Assembly (NCBI GenBank): GCA_964400355.1
Contig: CAYNTO010000001.1
Span: forward strand, 430,019-494,018
Direction of reading: 5' to 3'
Length of the DNA: 64,000 bases
From: an uncultured Pseudobdellovibrionaceae bacterium
Lineage (GTDB): Bacteria; Bdellovibrionota; Bdellovibrionia; Bdellovibrionales; JAGQZY01
In this document: piece by piece, positions 1-9,987 of the stretch
How positions within the stretch are numbered: the stretch's first letter is position 1
How the letters are laid out: every line of letters starts with the position of its first letter
The notes under the pieces: model-generated
Told to the model about the DNA's origin: nothing
The model's input: the letters and a program-made list of their open reading frames with translations, nothing else
Database searches by the model: none
Translations under genes and position numbers: made by a program

Positions 1-651
1 ACCGGCGACGGTGAGGATGATGATAAGTTTTCTATTAGTATCCATGGCAAAGACGGTATCGTTGTTCAAGGCCGGGGAGCGGAGAAGATCGCGGCGAAAC
101 TTAAAAAATTAGAAAAACTCAACAAGCTGGGCGAAGACTTCGACGACGAAGACTCTGACCGTGCCATGGTTCTCAGTGCTTCGGATACATTCAGTCGCAC
201 GCTCGAAAATGTGCTTGTGCCGATCGCGATCTTTTTGATCGCCTTTGGATTTGCGTGCTACGTGGTTTATAGCAAAACAAAAACGCGCAAAGAAACTTTG
301 GACACCATCCGTATTCTCGCGCAGAACAATCAACCGATTCCACCAGAATTACTTGGGCAAATGAGCACCGGCATGGATCAAATCCTTGGCAAAAACGCCT
401 GGGGCAAATCGTACGATGTGAATTCACTGCAAGGTATTAAATATGTATTCATCGGTCTCGGCATCGCAGGTTTCTTGATTCTTATCGATCGCGGTTGGGT
501 GGGGACAGCATTAGGCTTTATCTTTATCGTGATTGGGGCGTTTCATCTGGTAAAATCCCAGCTGATTCAAAAACAGCAGGAATTAAAGAAATCCGAAGTT
601 CCAGCAGCGCCTGTAGCCACTCCGAACACAAACACTCCGAGCATTCCGTAA
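1..651 (+). CDS. membrane protein, 5' end outside window (partial)
   Basis: Frame 1 is open from nt 1 (TGDGEDDDKFSISIHGKDG...) into track ORF 166..651. Two hydrophobic segments are present (VLVPIAIFLIAFGFACYVV; VFIGLGIAGFLILIDRGWVGTALGFIFIVIGAF). It lies directly upstream of an ECF sigma gene. No family recognised. Confidence 0.55.
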   Translation, partial: TGDGEDDDKFSISIHGKDGIVVQGRGAEKIAAKLKKLEKLNKLGEDFDDEDSDRAMVLSASDTFSRTLENVLVPIAIFLIAFGFACYVVYSKTKTRKETLDTIRILAQNNQPIPPELLGQMSTGMDQILGKNAWGKSYDVNSLQGIKYVFIGLGIAGFLILIDRGWVGTALGFIFIVIGAFHLVKSQLIQKQQELKKSEVPAAPVATPNTNTPSIP

Positions 652-667
652 GCGGATCGAGGCGAAA

Positions 668-1192
668 ATGTCTGAGGACTCTGAGCTCCTACTGAGAATC
701 GTCGCTGCAGACGATCGAAAAGCCTTCGAGGCGATTCTCAGAAAATATCAATCTCCTATCCGAGCGTTCTTCCGAAAAATGTGCGGGGGAGATGGAGAGC
801 TTGCCGACGACCTTTCGCAGGAGACGTTTTTAAAAGCCTATCGTGGAATTCGTTCCTACAACCATCAGGCCAAGTTTCTCACTTGGCTTTATGCGATCGC
901 TAAAAACACCTACTTTGAACATTTGCGCCGTGGTGAAAAATTCGAAGAGTGGGCCGAAGATGACACTGCAGCGACGTCCACCACAGATTCCCGTTTGGAC
1001 ATCGCCAAGTGTATGCTACAATTGCAACCAGAGGAACGATTAGTGCTCACGTTGGCGTACAGCGAGGGCTTGTCGCAAACGGAAGTGGCTGAACTTTTAG
1101 AGATGCCGCTAGGTACGGTGAAAACCCATACCCTGCGCGCCAAAGAAAAATTAAAAGCCCTTTTGCAACCTTACCAAGAGAGATCCGTATGA
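668..1192 (+). CDS. ECF-type RNA polymerase sigma-70 family factor
   Basis: 174 aa. Region 2-like DLSQETFLKAYRGIRSY and region 4 HTH LSQTEVAELLEMPLGTVKTHTLRAKEKLKALL. ATG at 668 is preceded by GAGG. Confidence 0.9.
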   Translation: MSEDSELLLRIVAADDRKAFEAILRKYQSPIRAFFRKMCGGDGELADDLSQETFLKAYRGIRSYNHQAKFLTWLYAIAKNTYFEHLRRGEKFEEWAEDDTAATSTTDSRLDIAKCMLQLQPEERLVLTLAYSEGLSQTEVAELLEMPLGTVKTHTLRAKEKLKALLQPYQERSV

Positions 1193-1548
1193 TGAACGAT
1201 CAAGAACTCGATAACTTATTGAATGATTTTTTATCCTCGAGCGATGTGCCAGCCGACAAGGCCTCGAACGATACGTTCGTTCAGAGCGTGATGGTCTCTC
1301 TGCCGCGTGAATCCAAGCTGGTGTGGATTCGCGATGCTGTTCCTGCGGCTCTGTTGTTTGTTGCGATGCTTGCCGTGTGGAAGATAAAAATTCTCACACC
1401 GGCGGCGCTGTGGTCATTGAGCACGCACGGCCTTAGCTATTTGCAAAGCCAATGGCACATGCTTTCGCCAACGTCGGTGATGGCCCTTTTTGGTGGAGCG
1501 CTACTCTTGCTCTGCTACTACACCTACGAGACCATCTCCGAGATCTAA
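1189..1548 (+). CDS. putative membrane-anchored anti-sigma factor
   Basis: ATGA start/stop overlap with the sigma gene indicates translational coupling. 119 aa with a central TM segment (AVPAALLFVAMLAVWKI). No zinc-binding HxxxCxxC motif. Function inferred from position only. Confidence 0.45.
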   Translation: MMNDQELDNLLNDFLSSSDVPADKASNDTFVQSVMVSLPRESKLVWIRDAVPAALLFVAMLAVWKIKILTPAALWSLSTHGLSYLQSQWHMLSPTSVMALFGGALLLLCYYTYETISEI

Positions 1549-1591
1549 AACCAAAGTTTCAGCGTGTGGAGAGCGTCTCGCGTGGTGTTGA

Positions 1592-3106
1592 TCACTCGCA
1601 GAGGGGAATTCTGATTTCCATGCTGTTGAGTTTAAAATTGCGCAGCAGCGCCAGAGCATAGACCTCGGAACTTTGCTCGAGCTTTAGTTGAGAAACATCG
1701 CGGTTCCAATCATCGAGCGCCTCACAACTAAAATCCATATACGAGAAGAGCGATTTTCTGGATTTTTCGCATTTTTTAATGAGCTCAGAATACTTACTAA
1801 CCGCATCGACGGCTCCGGGAAACTGTTTATCACTAGTTAGGGCCACAATTTCATTGGAAGTTTCGAGAACTTTAAATTTAAGAACTTGTTTTTCGCTTTC
1901 GATCTTCGAGCTGTCGTGCTTCCATATTTTTAGGTGAAGAGCTGGTATGTAGAGTGTGTTGTCACCCGGCAGTTTTTTACGGTCGATACAGGTCACATTG
2001 TCGTAGAACATGAATTTCGCCATGGCCTTTTTATAGGTGTCCATTAACGGTAGCGAGAATATTGGCTCTTCGCCAGCCTGATAAATCAATTGAGAGATAT
2101 CAATAGCACTCTCCTCACCACTCACATAACTTTTGTGCGTGTCGGGAGTTTGAAACGCGGGATTCACAATTCTAAAATTATCACCATACTCGTTGCCGCG
2201 GTTAAAGTATGTGAGATTTTCAAGGGCATCCATAAATTGAGGTGTCGACTTAAACTCGCAGTCCGCATGCGGGGTCCGCAAGTACGGGATGCAGCTACCG
2301 TTGGTGCCGCCAGCAATATTGTCGGAGCTTCCAGAGGCGTAGCTGATAACACCTGTGAGTCGGTCCGCGGTATTGAATATTCCAGATCCAGAATTACCGT
2401 TGATAATTTTGTCTGCGCAGCCTTGTGCGGAGTAGAGTGAAGAGAAAGCACTGTAAAAGAATTCTTGCATTGAAGATTGGCGGTTGAGAGTGCAGGTGTT
2501 CTTGTGGATCACGCCGCTCACCTTAATGTAGTCGCCCGAACTATCGAGGGCGTAGCGCACCGGATAGGCGGTAAATTTTTCGCCGTGCTGAAGGCCCGCT
2601 TCTGTTTCGATAAGAGGTGCCTGGCGTGCAATGGATCCTGTAAAAGTCATCACCGACCAATCGGGTCGCATCACTTGATCGTCTTTGCTCACATCGTGAT
2701 CGGAAAAATCCACGATTTGATCACATTCCAAAGTTTGCGCCGGCAGAGACTGCGTTGCTGGAAACTTAAATTTGATACGGCCTTTGCAGCTTTTGCCCTT
2801 AGACACTAAATCAGAGACCAAGCAGTGCCTGTTTGCGAGAATTCGGTTTTGGCCGATGTAGGTGACCGAACACACATTGACATAGTAGCTATCCCATTTT
2901 TCCGTGTAGGTCGTCATTCCGCCAACATATTGTGGGCATTCTCCGGAACAGCTCACTCTGCTGGTCTCAAAGACTTTTACTGCGGTTGGACGATCTTCAA
3001 ACTTAAAGGTTTGCGTTTTATCATCACTACCGCCAGAGCACGCCGTGAGAACCAGTAAAAGACCGCAAGCGATGAGGATACGCGAAGCACGGAAATTGGT
3101 AAGCAT
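1592..3106 (-). CDS. trypsin-like (S1 family) serine protease lipoprotein with large C-terminal extension
   Basis: Lipoprotein signal LLLVLTACSGG. His-box-like ILANRHCL and Ser-box-like GNSGSGIF (compare GDSGGP). About 200 further residues have no recognisable family. Confidence 0.65.
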   Translation of the reverse strand: MLTNFRASRILIACGLLLVLTACSGGSDDKTQTFKFEDRPTAVKVFETSRVSCSGECPQYVGGMTTYTEKWDSYYVNVCSVTYIGQNRILANRHCLVSDLVSKGKSCKGRIKFKFPATQSLPAQTLECDQIVDFSDHDVSKDDQVMRPDWSVMTFTGSIARQAPLIETEAGLQHGEKFTAYPVRYALDSSGDYIKVSGVIHKNTCTLNRQSSMQEFFYSAFSSLYSAQGCADKIINGNSGSGIFNTADRLTGVISYASGSSDNIAGGTNGSCIPYLRTPHADCEFKSTPQFMDALENLTYFNRGNEYGDNFRIVNPAFQTPDTHKSYVSGEESAIDISQLIYQAGEEPIFSLPLMDTYKKAMAKFMFYDNVTCIDRKKLPGDNTLYIPALHLKIWKHDSSKIESEKQVLKFKVLETSNEIVALTSDKQFPGAVDAVSKYSELIKKCEKSRKSLFSYMDFSCEALDDWNRDVSQLKLEQSSEVYALALLRNFKLNSMEIRIPLCE

Positions 3107-3267
3107 GTGGAAAAACCCCTTTGCAGTTACAAAAGGTTAGAGCAAGGGCTATGCCGTTGCGCAGCGATTATAGGGATCAATAGCAGTAGGGTTCGACTAG
3201 GCGGTGCGGGGGATGTTCAAACCTTTGACGTCTCGATTCGAGACGCGGGAGGGCGGGTGCAAAAGAC

Positions 3268-3300
3268 ACAAAAAAACCCACTCGGGAAGGAGTGGGTTTG
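3268..3300 (-). terminator. rho-independent terminator downstream of 3332..3898
   Basis: On the minus strand, stem AAACCCACTC / GAGTGGGTTT with a 6-nt loop is followed by a T-run (the plus-strand A-run 3270..3276). Confidence 0.6.
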
Positions 3301-3331
3301 GACCTCTTCAAAGTTTAGGGAGAAGAAGGTT

Positions 3332-3898
3332 TTAGATTCTTTTTTTATTTGTAGTGGTACCGACGTTTTTCCAAGAGAAGCTCTTGATCATTTTGTTGCA
3401 TTCATTCAGAGATGTTTTGAATGAAGCGATGTGATCACGGCAGGTCATGAGCACGGCGCGATTGTCTTTCATAAAGATCACTTGGCGCAATTGGCGTTTT
3501 TTAGCCGGATTTACAAGGTCCACCACGTAGCCATCTTGGCCATTCATGGCGAATTTTTTAGAACCTTTTACGTCGAAACCAAATTTTGGATACTCTTTTG
3601 TCCAACGTTTTACGTAATCAGAAATTTCCATAGGCTTGCTGAGCTTGTCCACGCGCACCGTCAGAGTGGCGCGCATTTTATTGCGCACTTCTGGTGAACG
3701 GAACATGGTCGCGATGTAGCGCGTGTTCTTTGGTGGGCGCGACTGAATCCAATCCGACGATGCGGTTGCAATTTGAAAGCCGTGCGGTGATTGATACACG
3801 CCGAGCTTTGGTTTTGCTTTGCTGCCGGCACCCGGAATTGGGGCTGCGTTAGAGAGGTTGAAGGAAAGGATTGTGATTAAGAATAGGAGTGTTTTCAT
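3332..3898 (-). CDS. secreted hypothetical protein
   Basis: Track ORF 3332..4081 trimmed to the internal Met starting MKTLLFLITILSFNLSNAAP (signal peptide). No family recognised. Confidence 0.55.
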   Translation of the reverse strand: MKTLLFLITILSFNLSNAAPIPGAGSKAKPKLGVYQSPHGFQIATASSDWIQSRPPKNTRYIATMFRSPEVRNKMRATLTVRVDKLSKPMEISDYVKRWTKEYPKFGFDVKGSKKFAMNGQDGYVVDLVNPAKKRQLRQVIFMKDNRAVLMTCRDHIASFKTSLNECNKMIKSFSWKNVGTTTNKKRI

Positions 3899-4001
3899 AT
3901 TCAAAAGTCTAACAAGACGTTGGATTGCTTTGCAAGAGCGGCACTCGAAATCGTAACCAAAGAGCTCGACCTGTGTCGTGGTCTGCGAAAAGGGAGCGTC
4001 G

Positions 4002-5045
4002 CTATTTCGTTTTGCGCGCGTGCTGTAAAGCTTTAGCATACAAACTGTAGGGGAAAAGCTGAGAGAATTCAGAGAGTTCAAACAAACTTTGAGTCGGAGA
4101 GTGTTGCGAGCTTACTTTTGTTGGAGAGCTATCGACCTTGGTATAGATCTGGTAGCGCGTAATGGCGTGCTTGAAGTCGAAGTTCTTTGGCGGCACAGGC
4201 AATCGTTCCAGGGTGCCGGGAAAGATCTTTGAGTTTTTCAAAAATGGCGCGTAAGTGTTATCGACCATGACGACTTTATTTTTCTGAATATGAATCTTGG
4301 GGGTCCAAAGCAGCACTTCCATTTTGGGTCGCGGCTTTTGCAATGGGCGCAGGCCAACAGTGCGTTTTTTAAGCGCCACGCACTCCTGCATCCATGGGCA
4401 CAGCAAGCAGGAGGGAGATTTAGGAGTGCACACCGTGGCTCCCAATTCCATCAATGCCTGATTCACCACAGCGCTGCTGTTGGCCTGGGCGAGCGCATCG
4501 GATTTTTCTTGAAAGAGGTTGCGACCTTTTGTGGACCACCACGGCTCCGCAATATCAAATACGCGCGAGAGCACGCGAATCACATTGCCATCGACAACAC
4601 CCACTTGTTCGCCGAAAGCAAAGCTGGTGACGGCGCGGGCGGTGTAGGGACCAAAACCGGGATAATCTATCAAGGTCGCCCATGTTTTTGGAAACTCCAC
4701 TTGAGACAACTGCTGCGCCGCTTTGAGAATATTGCGGGCTCGCGAATAGTAGCCAAGGCCGGCCCACAGCGCATACACATCTTCAATTTTAGCACTGCCG
4801 AGAGAGGAGAGGTTGGGAAAGCGCTTTAAAAATTTTTGATAAAAAGGAATCACCGCCTGCGAAGTGGTCTGTTGGAGCATGATCTCCGATATCCAAATGG
4901 CGTAAGGGTCTGTAGTGTTGCGCCACGGGAGATCGCGATGTCCCGCTCTGTACCATGTTGTTAATTTGTTCGCGAGTGTGGCCGGCGTGGTCATAATGGA
5001 GGGTTTTTTTGCGGGTTTCTTCGCAGCGACGGGCTTTCGACTCAT
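4002..5045 (-). CDS. mutY: A/G-specific adenine DNA glycosylase MutY
   Basis: LPWRNTTDPYAIWISEIMLQQT helix-hairpin-helix region, FeS loop CTPKSPSCLLCPWMQEC and a NUDIX-like C-terminal half. Start taken at MSRKP (ATG 5045, AGGGA 7 nt upstream). Track ORF extends to 5114. Confidence 0.85.
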   Translation of the reverse strand: MSRKPVAAKKPAKKPSIMTTPATLANKLTTWYRAGHRDLPWRNTTDPYAIWISEIMLQQTTSQAVIPFYQKFLKRFPNLSSLGSAKIEDVYALWAGLGYYSRARNILKAAQQLSQVEFPKTWATLIDYPGFGPYTARAVTSFAFGEQVGVVDGNVIRVLSRVFDIAEPWWSTKGRNLFQEKSDALAQANSSAVVNQALMELGATVCTPKSPSCLLCPWMQECVALKKRTVGLRPLQKPRPKMEVLLWTPKIHIQKNKVVMVDNTYAPFLKNSKIFPGTLERLPVPPKNFDFKHAITRYQIYTKVDSSPTKVSSQHSPTQSLFELSEFSQLFPYSLYAKALQHARKTK

Positions 5046-5152
5046 GATGTCCCTATTTTTAAACTCTACCGCTGCGCCAGACAAGGAAAACAGCATGACT
5101 CTCGAGGGCGACACTCCTAAACTAAGTAAAGAATTTTTTGAGAGAGGTGTCT

Positions 5153-6115
5153 ATGAAGTTTGAGCCCATTCCTGGCCGAGAAATGCCCCGTTTTGCCGGT
5201 ATTAAAACGTTTTTCCGTTTGCCCCATGTGGAGCTGGACGCTCCCTACGACCTGGGAATTGTGGGAGTGCCGTTTGACGGATCGCTGTCCTACCGCCCGG
5301 GAGCCCGGTTTGCGCCCACGCGCATTCGTGAAGTTTCGGCTTTGGGCCGCGTGTACCACTGGGAGCGCCAAAGAAATTTCACAGAGAGTATCAAAGTCGC
5401 CGACATTGGCGATTGCCCGACTGTGCCGATCGATGTGATGAAGACGTACGAAGCCATCGAAAAACATTTTGGTAAAATCATATCTTTGAAAAAGAAATTT
5501 ATTTCCGTGGGCGGCGACCACTCCACAACGCTTCCCATTCTGCGCGCGCTTCATAAAAAACACAAAAAGCCTCTCGCGTTCATTCATTTTGACGCGCATT
5601 TGGACACGTATCCAGCGGCGTGGGGTTGCGAGTACCATCACGGCTCGTTTCTGCGTCATGCCATCGAAGAAGGTTTGGTCGACGGTTCCCTCACGTTCCA
5701 GTTTGGACTGCGCGGCCCGTTGGCCGGAAAAGACGATCTGGATTTTATTAAAAAGTACAAACTCAACAGTTGGACAGTGGCGGATTTGCGTGGCTCTCCC
5801 ATCGAAACATTCACTCGCAAAGTGAACAAAATGGTGGGCAATACTCCGGCTTATATTTCCTATGACACCGATTGCCTCGATCCCGCTTATGCGCCGGGCA
5901 CCGGAACTCCGGTCGTGGGTGGGTTAACGACCTATGAGACGCAGCAAATTTTGCGCGGACTCCATCTTAAAAATTTGATAGGTGCCGATATCGTTGAGGT
6001 GTCTCCGCCTTACGATCATGCCGATATCACCAGTCTTGCAGCGGTGGATGCGATGTTTGAGTTGATTCATATCTTCGCCCAAGCACAAAAACCTTCGGCA
6101 TCGCAAAAACGTTAA
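5153..6115 (+). CDS. speB: agmatinase-family ureohydrolase
   Basis: Arginase-family Mn motifs GGDHS, HFDAHLDTY and SYDTDCLDPAYAPGTGTP. ATG at 5153 follows GAGAGG. Exact substrate (agmatine versus guanidino acid) not determinable. Confidence 0.8.
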   Translation: MKFEPIPGREMPRFAGIKTFFRLPHVELDAPYDLGIVGVPFDGSLSYRPGARFAPTRIREVSALGRVYHWERQRNFTESIKVADIGDCPTVPIDVMKTYEAIEKHFGKIISLKKKFISVGGDHSTTLPILRALHKKHKKPLAFIHFDAHLDTYPAAWGCEYHHGSFLRHAIEEGLVDGSLTFQFGLRGPLAGKDDLDFIKKYKLNSWTVADLRGSPIETFTRKVNKMVGNTPAYISYDTDCLDPAYAPGTGTPVVGGLTTYETQQILRGLHLKNLIGADIVEVSPPYDHADITSLAAVDAMFELIHIFAQAQKPSASQKR

Positions 6116-6125
6116 GGAACTTGCC

Positions 6126-6875
6126 ATGCGAATTTTCTGGGGACTAGTGAGTATGGTGCTTTCGCTGGGGCTCACGTGGATGATTCAAACGGGCCGACTG
6201 CAGAGCACACATCCCGTACCGGGCCTAGAGGGTAAAAGCTGGGCCGATTTAGATCCACGCAAACTTATAAGCAGTTACAAGGGTTCTATCACCGACGCGC
6301 AACTGCGCGTGAATAATTTGATGGATGGCAAGTTCGCAGAGAATCGAGCCGATGGCCAATTGCAGGAGTTGCAAAAGGACATTAATGCCGTCTCGGGTAC
6401 GGACGCAAATAAGACTTCTGGAGAGCCAGCGAAAAAGCCAACGGCCCCCACACGTGCGTTGTCTCCCAGCGGTGCGCGACCGGACCAAATCGTCTATAGG
6501 TATTCGATGGACATCGTGCGTGCTTCTGAAAAAGTTCTCCCGTCCTTTTTAGGAGAGTGGATCAGTTTTCCGCCTGATCCTGCGCATCTCTTGAGCCTTA
6601 AGATTTCTGCTCCCGGATCTATTTCGAAAATGAGTTTGCGCCATGGAAATTTGCAAAAAAGTTATGCCGACAGCCACGGCCTGGTGTGGATTGAGGCCGA
6701 GACACGGCAGAACCTCATACCAATAACAGATTACGCATATTTGCATATTGAGAGGATTCAAAATGCCGATGAACCCCTTCTCAAAGCCACAGTTTTTCAA
6801 CAAGGCAATGTGGGAACCACATTTCATCCTTCCGCCACATTCGAATTGCATATCACTGGCGATGCGCAAAACTGA
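6126..6875 (+). CDS. hypothetical N-terminally anchored protein
   Basis: 249-aa ORF with N-terminal hydrophobic segment IFWGLVSMVLSLGLTWMI. No family recognised. Confidence 0.5.
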   Translation: MRIFWGLVSMVLSLGLTWMIQTGRLQSTHPVPGLEGKSWADLDPRKLISSYKGSITDAQLRVNNLMDGKFAENRADGQLQELQKDINAVSGTDANKTSGEPAKKPTAPTRALSPSGARPDQIVYRYSMDIVRASEKVLPSFLGEWISFPPDPAHLLSLKISAPGSISKMSLRHGNLQKSYADSHGLVWIEAETRQNLIPITDYAYLHIERIQNADEPLLKATVFQQGNVGTTFHPSATFELHITGDAQN

Positions 6876-7013
6876 ATCTTAGTCTAAGAGGCGGTCGAAC
6901 ACCGCTCAGAAATCAGGACTTGAGGCTGTCTTATTTTAAGACAAATGCATCGAATTCCTAGTCGTTGGAACACTCTGTAAGTACAATAAAAGTGAACGTC
7001 GGGGGACATTCGT

Positions 7014-8669
7014 TTGCAAAAATTTTGGGTAGTTCCGTTTATTCTTATATGCACTATACCATTGATGTTCCAAAATTGCGGAGCGCCCACGTCTTATCAT
7101 AAAACTTTGGGCATAACAAAAATGTGCGCACGCGACGAGGCGCCGAAGTACCGTCCGACACTTTTAACTAAGCTCGAAGTCGCTAACGTTGTAGCGGATC
7201 TATTCCCATCGGAATACAGCGCCGATAGTGCACTGAGAACAGCAATTGCGAATCTTCCTGAACTCAACGCCGAACAGATCGTCAATGGGTCTTCATACAA
7301 AGAGAACAATTCGGGGATCATGCCGAGCGATGCGTACCTCTCGGGGCTACTCGATATCGCGGATCTTCTCTATAGTCGCTATGCTCAAAGTTCCGCTTAC
7401 ACCCAAAACTGCGGCGGTTCGGACGATGCCAAGTGCTATAATTATGTGTACCAGGATGTGATCGAAAGTTTGTGGCGGCGACCGCTCACTGAATTAGAGG
7501 CGGCAGAATTTCAGAAGATCATGAAGCAAGGCGGGACGATCGGCTCGCGGGTCAATACAGTTTTTACCGTTGCACTCACTTCGCCGCAGTTTTATTACAA
7601 AAATTATCTGCCTAAAGATGGCCACCAGATGCTAGCCCACTATGAGAACTACTTTTTAGCGTCGCGCTTGTCCTTTTTTCTCTACAATTCTGTTCCTGAT
7701 GAGGAGCTGTACCGAGCTGCGGGATCGGGTGCACTTTCCAACACATCAAATCTGGTCGCTCACGTTGATCGACTCCTGCAAAATCCCGTCTACATGTCGC
7801 GATTTATTCGCTACACGATTGGAGAATGGATTCAACTCGATCAGGATTTGTTGAGCACACACGTGGTCACAAACCAAGAGGGCGTATCTCTGGGAGTTTC
7901 TGCGATGGCGGAGCAACAGTACTTGCAGCTCGAAGCGCTATTTAAGGAAAATGCCAACCTCTCCCAGTTCCTTTACGGCTCGAATGTGTTTATGAATAAG
8001 GCCACGGCCAAGTTCTTGGGGCTTAACCCCGATGAACACAGCGACAACTTTTCGCGAGTGCCCGCGTCCGCGGCTAAAAACCTTTATGCCAGCTACTTTG
8101 CAAGCCCCCACTTTGCGAAAAACACGGTGACATCGTCGACACCCACAAAAACACGAGTGACAGCACGGGGAATTCCAATGGTTAAAGACTTTTTATGTGG
8201 GAACATTCCGGTCAATGAGGTTTCTCCAGAGCTTCAGAATTCGGTCTTGGGCCCCAACGCCGCTTCGCTCACTCAGATTCAGGTGGCGCGGATTCGGAGT
8301 TCGGCGACCGCTTGCAGTTCGTGTCACAAAGACGTGGACCGCGTGGGCGCTGGCATGGAGTTCGTCGATGCGTTTGGTAAACCGCGTTTCGCATATCCCG
8401 ACAGCACTCCTATTCAGATTCACATGACACTTTCCGAGCAAAAACCTGCTCCTATTACCAGCTTTGATCAGTTCCTGCAGGCGCTTTCCGGCGATGAACG
8501 TTTGCATGCATGCTTTGTAAAAAAAATTGCTACAAAAGTAGCGGCTATGCACATTCAATCGGAACAACCATGTGTTACAAACGCACTCAAAGTTCACCGC
8601 GGTCAGGGCTTGCGCGATTACATCAAAACAATTGTGGGATCTAAGTTTTTCGACACGGTTGCAAAGTAA
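7014..8669 (+). CDS. DUF1592/DUF1588-type haem-motif envelope protein (lipoprotein)
   Basis: TTG start with lipobox PLMFQNCG. CxxCH motif in SSATACSSCHKDVDRVGAGMEFVDAFG. Size (551 aa) and pairing with a downstream Tat-signal DUF1552-like gene fit the usual arrangement of this family pair. Family call is from memory of its signatures. Confidence 0.6.
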   Translation: MQKFWVVPFILICTIPLMFQNCGAPTSYHKTLGITKMCARDEAPKYRPTLLTKLEVANVVADLFPSEYSADSALRTAIANLPELNAEQIVNGSSYKENNSGIMPSDAYLSGLLDIADLLYSRYAQSSAYTQNCGGSDDAKCYNYVYQDVIESLWRRPLTELEAAEFQKIMKQGGTIGSRVNTVFTVALTSPQFYYKNYLPKDGHQMLAHYENYFLASRLSFFLYNSVPDEELYRAAGSGALSNTSNLVAHVDRLLQNPVYMSRFIRYTIGEWIQLDQDLLSTHVVTNQEGVSLGVSAMAEQQYLQLEALFKENANLSQFLYGSNVFMNKATAKFLGLNPDEHSDNFSRVPASAAKNLYASYFASPHFAKNTVTSSTPTKTRVTARGIPMVKDFLCGNIPVNEVSPELQNSVLGPNAASLTQIQVARIRSSATACSSCHKDVDRVGAGMEFVDAFGKPRFAYPDSTPIQIHMTLSEQKPAPITSFDQFLQALSGDERLHACFVKKIATKVAAMHIQSEQPCVTNALKVHRGQGLRDYIKTIVGSKFFDTVAK

Positions 8670-8678
8670 GAGGAAACG

Positions 8679-9968
8679 ATGACACGACGACAGTTTTTAG
8701 ATCAGTTTCAGAAGATGTGTGTGGCCTATGGGATATCGAGTATCCTGAGCGAACACGCCTTTGCGCAAAGTGCGACACCCACACGTATGGTGAATTTTGT
8801 GATCAAATACACCGGCGGAACGACAACAACTGACGACGTGGGCGGATGGACGACAAGCGAAACTCTCTCACCCCTCGCCAGTTATGCCACACGACTTGTT
8901 GTTCCGCTGGGACTCAATTCCCAATTCCATGCGCCGATGAACTCCCATGCTGCACCTCAAGTGAGTGCGCTTTCCGGTTCAATGACGGGATTCGTAATGT
9001 ACGAGACCGAATACCCCACTGGCAATCTAAAAAACTTTACAGAAGGCGGTGGAAAATCCATCGACGTGCTTATCGGTGAAAAACTCAAATCCCAGCATCA
9101 GTCAGCCATTCCTTATTTGCTAATGACCAACAATACGCTGGATTATCTGGAGTGCACACATCGCACCTCTTCCTGGGGGGCGAACGGCCAAGTGCTCTCC
9201 TCTATTTCAACCATCAGTGACTTGACCGCAGAAATCAACAGCCGCCGTTCCACCTGCGAACGCTTTTCCAAAGATATTTACACGCGCAGGCTCAAGGCCA
9301 TGGAGTATGTGAAATCTCTAAACAAGATCTATTCCGACAGCTACGTGATCAACCAGGAACGGTTTGAGGACTTACAAGCCAAGCTGCAAAGTAATGCAAC
9401 CAAATACAACAAAGACATCACGAACATAGACAATCGTGGCGGTGTGCAGGTGAGCTGTGAAGACATAGCCGTTGTTTCAGTGGTAGAAAATACTCACAGT
9501 GATCAAGCCAATTTTAATACCAAGATGGATAGAATGTACGATCTCGGAATCATGGCCTTTCAGCAAAATATCACCCGTGTTCTTACTTACAATCTCTACA
9601 TGCAAGACACTCACGACACCTCTCACTATATCAGCGACAATTCCATTGCGAGGTACTATGCGGCCTCGCGCTTTATGCAGGCCTCTGTCGCCCGGTTTCT
9701 TGCCAAACTTTCAAGTAGCGGACTTTTTGATGAGACATTGATCTTCTGCAATGCTGGATCCTGCGCGAGCAACGAGGTTCACAACTACGAAAACTTGTCG
9801 ACGTACATTATCAACGGTGGCAAATCGGGTACGGCGGGAAGTCCATCGGCGAAACTCCCTGTGGGAGCCGTGCATTTGGATATATTGAACAAATTCGGAA
9901 TTGCCTATTCTACATACGGTGGCAGTGACCATATTTATGGTTCCGCCCGCAAAGGAAACTTTTTCTAA
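8679..9968 (+). CDS. DUF1552-type protein with twin-arginine signal
   Basis: MTRRQFLDQF... Tat-like N-terminus, 429 aa, 10 nt after the preceding gene. Family assignment rests on architecture and pairing. Confidence 0.6.
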   Translation: MTRRQFLDQFQKMCVAYGISSILSEHAFAQSATPTRMVNFVIKYTGGTTTTDDVGGWTTSETLSPLASYATRLVVPLGLNSQFHAPMNSHAAPQVSALSGSMTGFVMYETEYPTGNLKNFTEGGGKSIDVLIGEKLKSQHQSAIPYLLMTNNTLDYLECTHRTSSWGANGQVLSSISTISDLTAEINSRRSTCERFSKDIYTRRLKAMEYVKSLNKIYSDSYVINQERFEDLQAKLQSNATKYNKDITNIDNRGGVQVSCEDIAVVSVVENTHSDQANFNTKMDRMYDLGIMAFQQNITRVLTYNLYMQDTHDTSHYISDNSIARYYAASRFMQASVARFLAKLSSSGLFDETLIFCNAGSCASNEVHNYENLSTYIINGGKSGTAGSPSAKLPVGAVHLDILNKFGIAYSTYGGSDHIYGSARKGNFF

Positions 9969-9987
9969 AGGTTTGGCCGCAGTACTA

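Noticed and set aside
5117-5659. 180-aa ORF antisense to the agmatinase-family gene
   Set aside because: Shadow ORF. The plus-strand frame carries all arginase-family metal motifs.
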